A stretch of 64,000 bases of DNA from Octopus vulgaris (taxonomy: Eukaryota). Below, piece after piece: positions 26,846 through 41,006 of the stretch. Numbering within the stretch: position 1 is the first letter of the stretch; every line of letters starts with the position of its first letter. A program made the position numbers and the translations under genes. The notes under the pieces are model-generated. The model was not told the DNA's origin, did not search any database, and saw only the letters and a program-made list of their open reading frames with translations. The stretch lies in contig OX597816.1 of assembly GCA_951406725.2 (NCBI GenBank), positions 86,552,001 through 86,616,000 of the forward strand. Direction: 5' to 3'.

Positions 26846-28827
26846 CACGTGACAGTATACGAGACCTCTACATTTTAAAAATATGAGACTTTGGTTTCGA
26901 ACGGCTGGTAACAGTATAGATTACACCGATTAAAAATAACTATTTTCTTCAATTACAACATTGAAGGCTTTAGATTGTATTGATCTTGGAGTTATGAATA
27001 TCTTAATCACTGTTGCTGGGTTTCAAACGACAATCGAAAATTCAGAGAAACACTTGTCAATTTATCCAGTTTCAGATCGGGTGTTCGCACTAATAGATGG
27101 TTTGTCTTTGACATCTAAACTCTTCAATGACGTGAGATAAATTAAGTGTCAGGATTAATGGCCTAACACAAAGATTGCTGATGCAGAGAAACAGACACAT
27201 TCATTTGTCGTTCAATCGAACTTTTCACATAACAGCTATATGTGGCTCTGTGCGTACAACAGTGAATTTATTTGCTATATATGTACGTAGTTGTATGTAT
27301 AGGTGCGAACGTATGTTAATACAGATTCGGTAGTTATACTAAATCGTAACACTTGGCGAAATACATTAAGAAATTCAGTATTAATATTTACGCCAGGTAT
27401 TCATGATTACCCTATCCCCAAGACAATGAAATTATGACGACTATAAACAGATATATATTGGCACATCAATGCATACACAATGTACATATATACCTGTATC
27501 CAAACATACATAGGGACAATCAGACAGAGAGGCAGATAGAGAGATTGCTAGATATACAGAGACATCACACACATATATATATATATATTTGTTTGTGTAA
27601 ATGCATACATATATTCACACATACATGCAGGCATGCATGCGTAAATAAATGAATGAATATATACTTACATACATACATTCATACATACATGCGTACATTT
27701 TCACTTCTGATTTTGAACCTGTTTGGGGGTGAGCAGAAAATTTAACGCATCGTTTCAGATTTCTAAAAGTATTGAAACGATGGGCTCTGTTTAACGTGGT
27801 AGGTGACAACATGGAATAAACCATTCCTCGTTCTTACTCAATAAGGGATTTAGCAATAATAATATCAAAGAGGCATATTTTGTCAGGCACACCACCAGAT
27901 TGATGTCTGAATACTAATATGTTACACAATGGTTTCTTCGTGTGCTCGTCAAAAGAGAATCATTATTTTGCTGAACCATATATTTGAGTTGATTAGTTTA
28001 CTGTTCACATATTTATACCTAAACACACCCTGTTTCATAGAATATAGGAATTGAGGTTACAGAGAACGTTCATTTATAATATAAATTCAGTTAAAAGCCA
28101 TATTTAATGGGAAATCTACATCTCTTAACGCAGAGAGAGAGAGAGATAAATCGATATTTATATTTGGAAGACTTACGAAGACCATATTCCGAATTCCTGC
28201 ATTGAAGAGAAGTTTACTGTACAAATTAATAGATATTGCAAGATCCCACATAGCTACAATGGTCATATTATTGTAACAGAGACACATTGAATTGAATAAC
28301 CAGAGATCCTCAAGTGTTTACCTGACTACATAAAGAAAACACACGTATTAAAATCGGTTTCTCTTCTAGAAACATTGACTGAAAATTTGGTGAAATTCTG
28401 TTGGAAAACCAAGTATACACGGTTTAATCAAGTCTACACCAACAATGCTGTAGTGATCTGATGGGCTAGCTTTCTTTATTTGCATTGATTTCTGGATAGA
28501 GAATTATATTGTATAACGCCGAACATATATATTAATTCTAAAACGTAGGCATAATTTCTTCTATATTGAAATAAATATTACATGAAGTAAGTTGTGAAAC
28601 GGCTGTAATCTTAATGATGTCACGTAGTTAAATATATATTCACCACCCATACCTACTGATGTTTTGGTTTATGTACTCCGCGTGAATAAATTGGATCTTG
28701 TGGATTTCAGTCACATAAACAGTCTACATCACATTTCTCTGTATTAAATTACTATGTGGTGTGCTTTATTCGGGAACAACAACATTGGATAAATAAAGTA
28801 ATCATAGATAATAATCAATAATACTGC

Positions 28828-28865
28828 GCCTAAACGTTTCAGACAAGGGCATTCATCAGAATAGA
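28828..28865 (-). ncRNA. Degenerate hammerhead motif in a PLE pLTR-like remnant
   Basis: Minus strand CTGATGA atgcccttgtct GAAAC gttta. Stem II is imperfect, and the adjacent purine-rich tract resembles 2000-2270. Confidence 0.45.
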
Positions 28866-29313
28866 GGAATTAAACTTGAAGGTAATGAAAAAGAAATATA
28901 GACAGTGAAACTGGTGGGAGTGTTCAACTATAGGGAGGAATTTAGAAGGGTGGAAGGGTGGAAGGTAGTGTAGGTATAAATATGAGTCGAACTGCATTTG
29001 AAAAGGTGTCATGAAAAACAATGGGTGTTAGTGTGGGTATTCAAGTAAACAGGGTTGGATGAATAGTGGCGAGAATTAAGGGCAGATCATATCCATATGT
29101 GTTTTTGTGTGCGTATGTATATATATATATATATATATACAGAAAGAGAGAGAGAGAGAAGCACATACTTATACATATATAATTATACTATATACATAAT
29201 ATATACATAGTATATACATATTTATATACACACATATATATACCTATCAAAGTATCAAAGTATATATACTTAATATACATATATATATACATAATATATA
29301 TATACATATACAT

Positions 29314-29359
<46 letters not shown>

Positions 29360-29519
29360 CATTAAACACACACACATACACAGACACACACACATATGTG
29401 TTGAACCACATGTATAATATCTATCTCGCTATCTTATAAGAAAGCTTTACACACCTTGTATTGCTACTCTGTTGTAAAACATATTTTAAAAAATTTTCTT
29501 AATGCAGATAACCTGATGG

Positions 29520-29586
<67 letters not shown>

Positions 29587-30008
29587 AATATATATATACT
29601 CATACATATATAAAGGCAAGCATATAAACATAAAAAGAACGATATATACTAAAATACTTTATCGTATATAATTTGGAAGTTATTTTCTGTCGAGATTCAA
29701 TTAGATCGTGATGAAAAAAAAAAGATACTTCTATAACACCAAATATACGATAAAACCTAGGAGGAAACCGAAAATATTCGCAGCTTAAAATATTTTCTTT
29801 TCTCAAGAATCAACAACCAAAAAATCTCCGTAGCATATACCATATTGCGCTCCCAGAAAAGTGACGCAGTACTAGAATAGAAATGCCTATATTGTTTCTG
29901 AAGCGCGTTGATTTAAGAAAAAAAGATATAATAATGATGTTCTGTAAAATTTCTTACAAACAGTACAAGAGAAATTAAATACAACGGAAACCATACACAC
30001 GCACACTC

Positions 30009-30061
<53 letters not shown>

Positions 30062-31089
30062 CATACATGAATACATGCATGCATACATATATTTATCTAC
30101 ATACACACATGCACACACACACAAACACTCACACACATGCATATGTATATATGGTTTCTTTTGTTTTCAAGAATTTTTATTGAATATATATATATGCATC
30201 TATGTGTATATGCATATACATATACATATATGTGTGTGTGTGTGTGTGTGCGTGTGGGTGATACATGCATATATATATATATACATATATGTGTGTGTGT
30301 ATGTATGTATGTATGTATGTTTGTATATGTATATATACACATTTATACATGCGTGTGTTTGTGTGTGTGAAGTGTGGTCACGTCAGTTTGCATAACTGTG
30401 TGCAGATATGGATTTGTTGTCTGTTTTTTTTTTGTTTTATGCGTGCGCAGCAACTCAGTATGAAGTTTACAATCTACGTGTCGCTGAGAGTTTCTTTACA
30501 AATAAAAGTTATAGACGTATTAAGCATATGTAAACACACTCACACATACACTGACACATCCATATATGAGTGCGCATGTGTGTTTGTTTGAGTCTCTGTG
30601 TGAGTGCGTGCGTGCGCTGTGTGTGTGTGTGTATTTGAGTAAACATAATTCTATTGAATGTGAGTACAATTCTTTACTGGAAATGATATTCCGCTTATGC
30701 TATTTGAGATTCAGGGATACGTTGTATTTAGATATTCCAATTATTGCCAAATTTGTCCATAGAATGAAAGATGAGCGTTGACCCAAGTTTTGATGCGCAA
30801 CTCATCTACTTGCATCTAGAGTTGCTTAATTTGTGTATAATGAGAGCTGAAAAAACCCAGCATAAATTACTTAGTTACTCTTTTTGTCTTTTTCGTTTAA
30901 AATGTATAATGTTGACTATAATTTTTATGTCTCTTCGCGACAAGAGTTTACCAGTCAAAACGTGAGGCCCAGGTATATTTCACAGTGACCACCTAGAAAA
31001 TATTTCATCATGTAACTACGTCAGAACATTTTTAAGGCGTCGAGTGGGCATATTAGCATATGTGGGCATATTAGCATATTAGCATATAT

Positions 31090-31200
31090 TCGAGTGGGAA
31101 TCATTAGCATAACAGGCAAAATACTTAGCGCCGATGTCGACTTTGCCTTTCAACCTTTTGGGGTCGATAAAAATAAGTAACAGTTGAGTACTGGATTCGG
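31090..31200 (+). mobile_element. SINE family C, internally deleted fragment
   Basis: gaatcattagca...aaaatacttagcg ccgatgtcgactttgcctttcaaccttttggggtcgataaaaataagta. Confidence 0.75.
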
Positions 31201-32768
31201 TGTGGATGTGTGTGTGAGAGAGATAGAGAGAGATAGAGACCGATTGCCTGCGTGCGTGTATATATATGTATGCCTTCTGAGGAAGCCGCCATTGAGGAGA
31301 ATTTCGATGAAACCTTTCGCTTGCCATAAAAGACCTGATAACAATAACCCATTGAGAACATTTAACCGTAGATATATTTTGGCCTTTGGTTTTGGAAGCC
31401 ACTCCTTTTCACAACGATAAAAGTTTCATAGCATAAATATCACCATTCATACAGCATACACAACTTTCTCTACATGCAGCACTAGCACTGGATTCCGCCA
31501 GTAAAATATCTACACATTCACCACGTCTCCAGAGCAGCGAGTGGCTTTCATTTTATTCCCGTAGTGATTGTACAGTTGCGTAGCGATTTAAACATTTCAA
31601 GAACGATATCCTGAGATTCGTCTCACATAAACGATAATGGACATTTTTAATTCATTTTGAAAGAAGTTGTTCCCGATCCACTACTTTGATAAAAATCAGC
31701 GGTTGATAATAATATTCATAGTTATGAAAATCAATTTCGACACAGCTACACACACATACACACACACACACATACACACACACACACACACACTCAAAGA
31801 CAGTAAAAAACACACTCGTGTGTGTGAAGGGGATAAATGTACTGGAGAATGAACAAATGTATATAATGCTTCTGACGTTAATTACAAGAGGTAATGCTTA
31901 TATCTATAACGATAAACCCATATCTGTAGACAATAACGGCAAAGAGTTAACATAATGAAAGGAGCAGATAGAACACTATCTCGAATGGCATACGTTGTCA
32001 ATGGTTTTTCGTTATCTAAAATATGAATTGATGTTTTTTTTTTCCTATATACAAAAGCATAAAACATTTCAAATATTTATGAGATATTTTTTTTTCCATT
32101 TTTTATACTAGTATTATGTTTTTACTTATGTGTTACAATGTTCGTATACACGATAATATTTTCTTTCTTTTATTCCGTACTTCAATTGTACATAAGTCAT
32201 TTGTTTCAGAACACATATATAATGCGTATTAAACACTTATTAACTCATGATCAAGATATATCGTAAGATTTTTAAACGTCTATAAATAAAAAGTTGGGAG
32301 TTGTAATGCAGACCAATATGGCGCACACCCTTCATTAAAGTTCTGAATTCTATCTTCTGTCTGTTCTTTCCGAGTTCAAATAGAACTGACATCGTAGTTA
32401 GTCACACAATCGACTACCACTTTTGAAGAAAGATGTGCTACGCCTTTTAACGTAATACACCAATTTATATATAAAAAGTTGTTGCAGGGATGATATTTAA
32501 ATAATATAACTATCATTAGATTATGATCAATTTATTTTCACAGTTTTCTGTCTTGCTAATCCTAGCAACGTCATTAAGTCATTTATACTGTTTCATTTTT
32601 TAACAATAGTATTGAGTTTGTTTTTGGTAACTGTCATAGCTGAAATCACTCCATACGTGAAATTAAAGTATTTCATTTAGGTGTCTCAAAATTATGAAGA
32701 AATTGTCCCACATCCCATTTCCTCATTCTCTTAAGTTAAATGTAAACATCTGTGTATGTATATATGCG

Positions 32769-32828
32769 TGACCGTGCTTATGCATGTATATATATATATA
32801 TATATATACATATGCATAAGCACGGTCA
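32769..32828. repeat. Palindrome with 17 bp arms around a (TA)n core
   Basis: tgaccgtgcttatgcat ... atgcataagcacggtca. Confidence 0.9.
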
Positions 32829-32829
32829 T

Positions 32830-33566
32830 AATGGCACGGTCTCTTTCACACTTCATCTCCCAAGTCCTACTTTCAAATTATCTCCACTGACCACTGACTG
32901 ATCTATATCTTCATTTTTCTTTCTTCTTTTTTCTGTTATTCCTTTATCTCTCTCTTCGGGTTTCTTTTATTTTTTCATTATTTTTCTATTATTTTATTAC
33001 ATTTCTTCTTACTTTCTTTTTCCTCTCTCTCTTTTTTCTCTTTTTTTATCTCCTCTATTTTTCTCTTTCTTCATTCCTCTCATCCTGTTTTCCATTGGAC
33101 TCTACTAATACACTCCCTATTTTAGGTCACTTTAAATAAAAACCTTTGACTCTACAACACTGCATAAATTCTCTACTTGAAATGACCAATTTTAAATACT
33201 GTCGGATCTCACTCGTAGGGTATTGGAATCTTACATTGTGTATAAACTCTATATTTGGAAGGACCCATTTTAAACTCAGTAGGATTTTACTCATAAGGTA
33301 TTGGAATCTTACATATATACCATTCTGCCCTAAAAATGGATCTACAACTTCAATATCACTACATATCTTACATTTAATTTCTTTCCTCCACCTCACTCTC
33401 TATTTTATATCCTATCTAAACTAACTATGACTTAACCATCCTCTGATACCGTCTCCGATGAAGGGATATAATTAATAAATATCCTGGAAACAGCTGTAAA
33501 CCCTATCTATAAATGTTGTAATATTTACACAGCCTTGTTTTTTTTTATCTCATTACGCGAAAGATT

Positions 33567-33570
<4 letters not shown>
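32830..33570 (+). mobile_element. PLE 3'UTR/pLTR-like remnant with degenerate hammerhead
   Basis: Pyrimidine-rich tract and an internal duplication of about 80 bp (33173-33236 / 33253-33314), then gtct cCGATGA aggga...tcctg GAAAC AGCT GTA at 33451-33498. Confidence 0.6.
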
Positions 33571-33641
<71 letters not shown>

Positions 33642-33644
<3 letters not shown>

Positions 33645-34172
33645 AGGTCACTTTCGAGTGCTACTGGTAACATGTAACCCAGTACAACATGTTGCATGGT
33701 CGGGTCGTCGGTGTCTAAACCGACAACCCCACCAAGCTTGCTTGGTGAGGAGGGACACCCTGCGGGATGAAAAGCAAAACCCGTCAAAGGGCGGAGGAGC
33801 TCTTGAGAGTCAACGGCCATCCAATAAATGTCTTAAGGCTGTATCATGCGCGGGACATAGAAATAATCGGACTGAATACCCGATCGCGCGGTTAAACCAT
33901 TAGGAGTGAAGGACTCCTAGCATTTGTTATAATATCCTTCTAGGAGAAGGTAAACTGAGATAACTCCGATATAAAACCTGAGGCTCAGTGGTTACCGATG
34001 ATGTTGACTTGTTCTTCTTTTCGGATTATGGCTGCTGTTACTTAGTGAGTGGGATTGACTCAGTGCACAGCCTTTCCTCACTTTAAAAAAAATCTTGCAC
34101 AGGCATTGCACGATAACAACATTGATTAAGCTGCGCGCAATGGCCATACTCGATAACGAGGGGGCAGCCACC
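33642..34172 (+). mobile_element. GC-rich non-coding element with RTE-LINE 5'UTR-like motif, between (TA)n arrays
   Basis: ctaggagaaggtaaact...ctccgatataaaacct resembles the motif commonly found in RTE 5' UTRs. Sharp GC rise with TA flanks and no ORF. Confidence 0.5.
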
Positions 34173-34190
34173 ATATATATATATATATAT

Positions 34191-34300
34191 GTACTCTATT
34201 TTTTTGTTGTTGTTTAAGAAAAATGTCCAGTTCCTTGGGTTTGTGTCTATGTTTTTGTTTCTCATTGTGTTCGACGTTTTTTTGGTGTCCTATACTCATA
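34191..34300 (+). repeat. Repeat end fragment (probable pLTR tail), homologous to 54264-54430 on the minus strand
   Basis: gtactcta...aaaaatgtcc...ttctcattgtgttc.acgtttttt...cct.tac.cata is present in both copies. Confidence 0.6.
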
Positions 34301-34380
34301 TATGCGTGTATATATACATGTAGAGATAGGTACGTACATATATGTATATATATATGCATATGTTTTATTTATTAATATAT

Positions 34381-34449
<69 letters not shown>

Positions 34450-34454
34450 CTTCT

Positions 34455-34830
34455 ATCAGATATTAGACTGCAGCCATTCTGGAGCACCATTTTAAAGAAG
34501 TTTAGTCAAATAGATCGATCCTATTAATTATATTTTAACACGTGGTTCTTATTTATTAAGTATCTTTTGCGAAGCGCTCGGTTACAGGAACACAAACACA
34601 CCAACACTGCTAATCAAATAGTGGTGGGAGAACAAATACAATGGCACACGCACTCACTTAGACAGACACACATACATATATACGACAGGCTTCTTTGAAT
34701 TTCTCTCTACAAAATTTACTCACTTTGTTCGGCGCCAGGCTACAATAGAAGGCATTTGTTGAAGATGCCATGCCGAAGTACTGATCCCAGAATCACGAGG
34801 CTGAGAAGCAGAAGTTTTGCCAGACAGCCT
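34455..34830 (-). mobile_element. SINE family A, near full length, diverged
   Basis: Reverse complement of the tail (gactgcagccattctggagcacca) and body (tacgacaggcttcttt...tagaaggcatttg). Confidence 0.75.
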
Positions 34831-35485
34831 ACAATAATACACTGGCGACCAGGTAATAGTTAACTATCTCATTTATTATTATTATTACATTTAATATACA
34901 GAATAACAGTATTTAAAATTAAGTTAAACATACGATTTTCTTAACCATTTTCATCGCCTCTAATGAATTCTAGCGTGAAATTTGTATTTCCTGCAATGGA
35001 ATGTATCCAAAATATCTAATCCTTACATGATCTCAAAGACAATTCAAAAATATTTGTGATATACTTCTCTTTTACAAGGGAGGTCTAAGTTACGTAAATT
35101 GTTGTTACTCACTTGGATCAAAACTTGGTTGCATGCATAATAATCAAAATGTTTCAACTAACGTGTTTTATCTATATAAATATAGACAAAGATGACGATA
35201 CAAATTGAAAATGTTAATTACCACAGTAAGCCCAAAAGGCGGCTCTGACAACCTTAGAGAGAGCAATTTACGTAAATCAACATGCAACAACAAGTTTAGC
35301 TATCATCTCAATTTGAGCTTAATAAGCTAATTTAGTATTAATGTATTATTTTGCATAGAAATTAAGTCCCGGTTATTTTACTGAAAGTGAAATTTCCGTT
35401 CATACCTCTGCGCGTATGTGTTGTGTTAAGTACGTGTATGGCTGTGTGTTTATACATATACATACATACATACACACACACACAA

Positions 35486-35524
<39 letters not shown>

Positions 35525-36003
35525 CATATATATATACACATATATATTTATATATATATATTTATATATGCCTTTATGTATATACACATTCATATCTGTA
35601 CATATGAATACTGATATACATATACAATACATATGTATGTATATATATATATGTACATATATATATGTATATATATATATATATATAATGTATTTGCAAA
35701 TTATCCGAAGAAATAGCGCACACTGGATGTTTGGACTGATTGCAAATTATTTCGCATGAAAAATGTAAGCCGTGCTTTCCTCTTTCAAAACTCGTAAGCT
35801 GTTTCCGTCAGTAGAAAGAACGAAGTAAAAGCGCTTCTTAATTAAATGGAAACCGTAAGTTTTACCCTTTACTCGGTTATACGAAGAGAAAATCTGCTTG
35901 AATCACGCTGGTTATTATAAAACAACGACAAATGTACATTTATTGAAAGTTCAAATTCAGATATATTTTCAGTTCGCCATATACAGATAGATAGAGAGAG
36001 AGA

Positions 36004-36046
<43 letters not shown>

Positions 36047-36699
36047 TGGGAGGGAGATAGAGATAATTGAGTTTATTGTGAGAAAGTAAGAAAAGCCTGT
36101 ATTTATCACTGCAATAACTATTATTTATGTTAAATAGGTTTTCTTGGGAGTCTACATATTATGAATCACCGCTCCGCGTTCCGTTAACTCCCATTTGAAG
36201 GAAACTGAATAAATATTTGAATATGATAGCCCGTATATAGAGTATGGATACTGTGTAGCATAGATTGTCTTAATGTTTTACAGTATAATTTGTAATTAGA
36301 ATACAGATATGTAGAAAAACCGTAAGTTAAGACAAAAAAACTTGCTGCATAACCAAATATATAAAATAATGAAATAGAAAATTTTGAAAGGTAATTATGT
36401 AAAAGAAATAAAACATTTAATTAAACATGATAAAAAGAAAAAGTCGCCAAGAAATTAGAAATAATGTAAGCAAATATTACGATTTTGTCGTGGAGATAGA
36501 ATTTGTTTTTAATACTTCCTTGATATGTATATGGAAGAGCGTTTCTGGAATCATTTAATTTACTTTAAATGAGATCGGACTGATTTCTCGTCCTTACATT
36601 GATTTTCTTTTACCGAGATGATATAATCAATAGATGGATTGATATAAATGACTTCCTGATCTTTCAGGGAAAAGTCATACAAATCTAGGTCTACTACTT

Positions 36700-37100
36700 T
36701 TGTTTAGTTGTACTTTAGCATAACAGATTAATGCGTATAAGGACAACTGCCCTAGCGACAATATTTCGGGAGAGATGTCACAAACAGGTTTAAGAAGAGA
36801 AAGCATTATTCTTTTTTACAAATTGAAATATTTTGGACAGCTAGCAAAGATAACTACTTGGTTGAAGAGAAACCGGAGTGCAAGAGGCAAAAGTATTACT
36901 AAACATTTAGCTGATCTTAAATTTATGTTGAACATCTATTATAAATATAGTAAGTACTGTAAATCTTTGGCTATATTTCATATTACCATTTGAATGACCT
37001 CACAAAATATTACGGCTAGTGTATTGTATTTATCTGAAAGACCACCATGGGGCAGAACTTCAAAATAGCATTGATGAAGTGTGGCGAAATTCTCAATTCC
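36700..37100 (+). mobile_element. L1/Tx1-like ORF2 remnant
   Basis: FGQLAKITTWLKRNRSARGKSIT fits the L1/Tx1 post-RT KIxxWxxRxLSxxGK motif. Confidence 0.45.
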
Positions 37101-37462
37101 TAGTTATGTGAAGTTATATGCATTAGTGCAAGAGGTTTTGTAAACTCTCTTATATGTGCTTTTGTTTGAGTCATAAGGTATTTGGGTTTATACAACGATC
37201 CCTAGATTTTGGAGAATTTTATGAATATATCGAGTCCTTGTTTCAAATGATTTGAAAAGTGTTATTTACGGGCTCTTAATCTTTTTCTTTGTTTTTTTTT
37301 CAGGATAAAAAGATCTGCTCCAAAAATGCTGTGTGCTTTGGTTACTGGATTAATATCCTTTGCTCTAAACTCCATTATATCGTTACCATAAGAAAAACAG
37401 TTGAACTGTCGTCAAAAATAAAACGAACACGATTTTCTTCTTCCTCTCCTTCTTCTCTCCTT

Positions 37463-37494
<32 letters not shown>

Positions 37495-38868
37495 TTATCC
37501 TTCATTATTCTTCCTCCTTCCATTTTATACATCTCATTTATCGCTTCATGTAGCGCAATATAAGTAGGCGAACGAGCTTGGCTGCATCTATCTATTTATC
37601 GAAAGTCTGCCCAATGACTGACCGAAAGTTGTGTGGTCTGAAACTTTTATCTCCCACACGCAATATTCATTGATTATTCGAAGTTATGCATGTATATATA
37701 ATAACAAAACAGAGAATAGTTATTTATTATCAGCTATACCTAGTTACTCGTTCAGACATCAGATATACTCTATGTACCATTATATTCAAATGAATATATA
37801 AACTACAATAAGTCCATATATATTGTCATATTTTGTCTTGTTCTGATTATACACACCCAAAATACGAATATTTGTGCGTGTTTTGGGTGTGTGGGTGTGT
37901 GTTTTGTGTGTATGCGTGTTTTGCGCGTGTTTGTGTGTTTTATGTGGGGATAAGAAAGGGAGAAGGAGCATGTAAGGGCTAGCAAAGGTAACCAATAGAT
38001 AAATAGAGAGATAAATACGTGCACATGTGGGGCGCAAGATGTATAGTTCTATCTTCCTCGAAAATAAATGTACTTTTCCGTTTTATAAAACTTTATAACA
38101 TGTTTAATTATACCATAAAAATACTCATTCCTTTTTTTAGTTGTTTGAAATGCCTCAGTGTTATAAAAATATCTTCAAATATAAAGGTCTGGAATTATTT
38201 TTGATGTTCTTGGAACGGAATGCAAATAAAAAAATATATTCAATTGACCTGATGGTATTTCAAGCAAAATGCTAATCGTAATACTATAGAGACATATTAT
38301 CTTTCTTTTTACATTTATTTCTTTTGCTGGTGTTGTTGTCTATTATTTTATATACCGAGATGTGACTCAAAGTTTTTTCTTTGTACGCTGACAGAATTTT
38401 GCAATTTTGTTTTCCTTTTCTTTTTGTTCCATTTCTTTGCTAATGCCAGAGGAGATTCAAAAGTTAGTGAATTGGGGATTGGTATTGCTAATTATTTTCC
38501 TGGCTCCATTTTTCAACGCACGTGTGTAGGGCACCACACTGTGTCTAGTGTCGATTGAAATAATAATGTCAGACCAAGTTTAAATTTGTGATTATGTAGA
38601 TTTAATACAAATCATCAATTATGGATGCGGAGTTGAAAGCAAAGGCAACAAGAGAAAATGGAAACAAACAAAACAATACAAATGGCAATGAAACAAGCAA
38701 TTATCTAAGTTTTCGTCTAAACAGGAAACGAATGTAAGTAAAATATATACTAGATATAAAAATAAACGAGACATGAAACGGATGATATGAAAACAAAACA
38801 AAAAAATAATGGTCATGTGGACATTGTTTTAGCATATATGGGTGCATGCGTGTGTTTGTGTGTGTATG

Positions 38869-38905
<37 letters not shown>

Positions 38906-39794
38906 TTGTACATATATGTATGCATGTATGTATATATGTATGTCTGTATGTATGCATACTTGCACGTATGTGTGTGTGTGCGTGCTTGTGTCTGTGTGTG
39001 TGTGTATCAACAAAATATGTTTCGGTATTTATTGCTAGAGGGTCAACGAGAATAGTTTCCGTTATACTTTTTTAGTTAACTTTTAGCTTTGGTTAGTCCT
39101 AATAAAGCAGAATTATAGCACTCAATTAACTGTTCGACTTTTCTACTTCTACATTACAGATTTAAGAAACACTGCAACTATATCATTTATTTTTTTTTTT
39201 CATAGATGAGGATTAACCGAATATTTCAACATGCAGTTTCTTTGAGCATACTGTATTCTATAGCAAACTGTATTCTATGATGCTTTTTTCTTTTTTCTGT
39301 AGTTGCTCCATCTTTTCTTTCATGGCTGCAGATTCGGATGCTGATGTCGAAGTAATAGAATAACATGAACTAAATCAGAATACCAGATTTATTGTTGTTC
39401 TGTAATTTTACTGTTGTTCTGGATCAACTGATTATTGACGCATATACTAATTTGGTATCTATTTCTTTGTTTTTTTCTGTAGTTTGTTTTGCGTGTGAAG
39501 TGGGTTATATCAATTGTATTCTTGGAATGTATATTGTTATTATTGTACTATAAAATAAAGTCATTGGTTTTTTTGGCGAGTGATTATATATGAAGCAGAA
39601 AGGACAATCAAAGTTGCAACATGCTGTTGCAACAAATTTGTTTTGTCATATGTCAAGGTGACTATTTTTTCTTCCGTTAGGTGCAATGTATGCAGTATTT
39701 ATAAATGGTAAATGTGCTATTTATTGTATTATCTTTGGAATACCGTTGTGGTATGTTGCGGAAGAAACAGGGGTCATGAAACTCAAAGAATGCA

Positions 39795-39930
39795 AGTGGC
39801 CCAATGGTTAGAGCACTAGGCTCAAGATCATAAGATTGTCGATTCTAAGCCGAAAGTGGGTAGTACGCGATATCTCTGAACAGGGCATTTAACTTTATGT
39901 TGTTTCACTCTATTCAGCTGGAAATTAGTA
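39795..39930 (+). mobile_element. Old tRNA-derived SINE family D (CORE-like body)
   Basis: gtggcccaatggttagagcactaggctcaagatcataagattgt...tgaacagggcatttaactttatgttg...ttcagctgg. Confidence 0.6.
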
Positions 39931-40536
39931 CCACTCTACTATTATGTAACTGTATCTCACTTCAAAAGGAATATGATACATGTGAACCGGCCATACTTGT
40001 TTGCATGTGAGAGGGACAGGACACAGGACACTGAGAATTTTGGAAGGAATGGAGAAAGTTATCAGGGAAGAAATGTGACCCATATAATCACAAGAAATTG
40101 GATTCTAGTAAAAGCAGCCTATGATAAATAGTTAATTTTAAACTGATGACGAATAAAATGAAACACATAAGGGCAGAAGCAGTCATAACGACGAGGTTCC
40201 ACCCAGTTTATGTCTACGAAATTTTTGCTTGCAAATTTTCACATCCACAAGACTTCGATTCCCCACAGTTAGATCGAATTAAAATCACGTTGCTCGTTCC
40301 TGTTCCAGTAATTTAGGACTGATCTAATCTATATGTTATAAACTTGTATTGTAGATTGTTTTTGATGGTTACCTCATGTGCGTGGGACACACAATTTCTC
40401 TTGTTTTAGAAGAGATACAATTGCGATAAGAGTTATCGCTTCTATCGTGAATTTTGAACCAGAAGAAGCTCAATGCATTTCCAGGTACGACTAAACCCTG
40501 TTGATAAGAATATTTTGTGGTGGATTCGGACGATAT

Positions 40537-40578
<42 letters not shown>

Positions 40579-41006
40579 TTATATATGTGTGTGGGAGTGT
40601 GTATTTGAGAGTTCGCACACACACACACACTTTTTCCTCGTTGTTAATGGCATTTATAACTCTTCGTCCATGACCTCCCTCAGAAGGCCTATCAATCCCG
40701 CAGCATCGATGACAGACGAAATTTGTAACTCCCTGCGAGTTTCCATTTTACCACTCTTTTTTCGCCATAGTGCTTTAAGTGGATGGGGTGACTAATGAGG
40801 TCGCCATAAAGAGATATCAGCGCATCACTGGATTTTAGTGATAAGCACTTGTAAAACACGACTGTCACACTCTGAGTATCCGTGTTAGGTACCTAATAAC
40901 ATGGCTAAGCGAAATAACCAATAATCACGTAATACTGCAGGTTCTACATTAGAGTATATTTCTCTTAAAAGGATTCGGTGAGAACAGCTAGCGATCATTC
41001 ACTCAA

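Larger units (their letters stand above)
21700..28000 (+). pseudogene. Decayed multi-Ig-domain (nephrin/sidestep-like, CD80-like C2-set) gene remnant
   Basis: Ig-like fragments, all on +: VNGRSILCLV (~21890); PLEGEII*VTCH...YT*F...REQ*YEPFTC (22405-22560); STFKF...GKLFKC (23820-23910); a pseudo-exon 24862-25160 (tttcag / gtaagt) ending ISLQVI; CRNTGN..RVY*...SKTKLSL...DDRILY (25690-25860); NLEARLLRNGNQL...SSSTFS...NGNAVY (26010-26150); NSEFIC (~27260). Full of stops and frameshifts. Confidence 0.45.

Noticed and set aside
31042-31110. Short tandem gtgggcatattagcatat repeats
   Set aside because: Local slippage duplication at a SINE C head, with no further structure.
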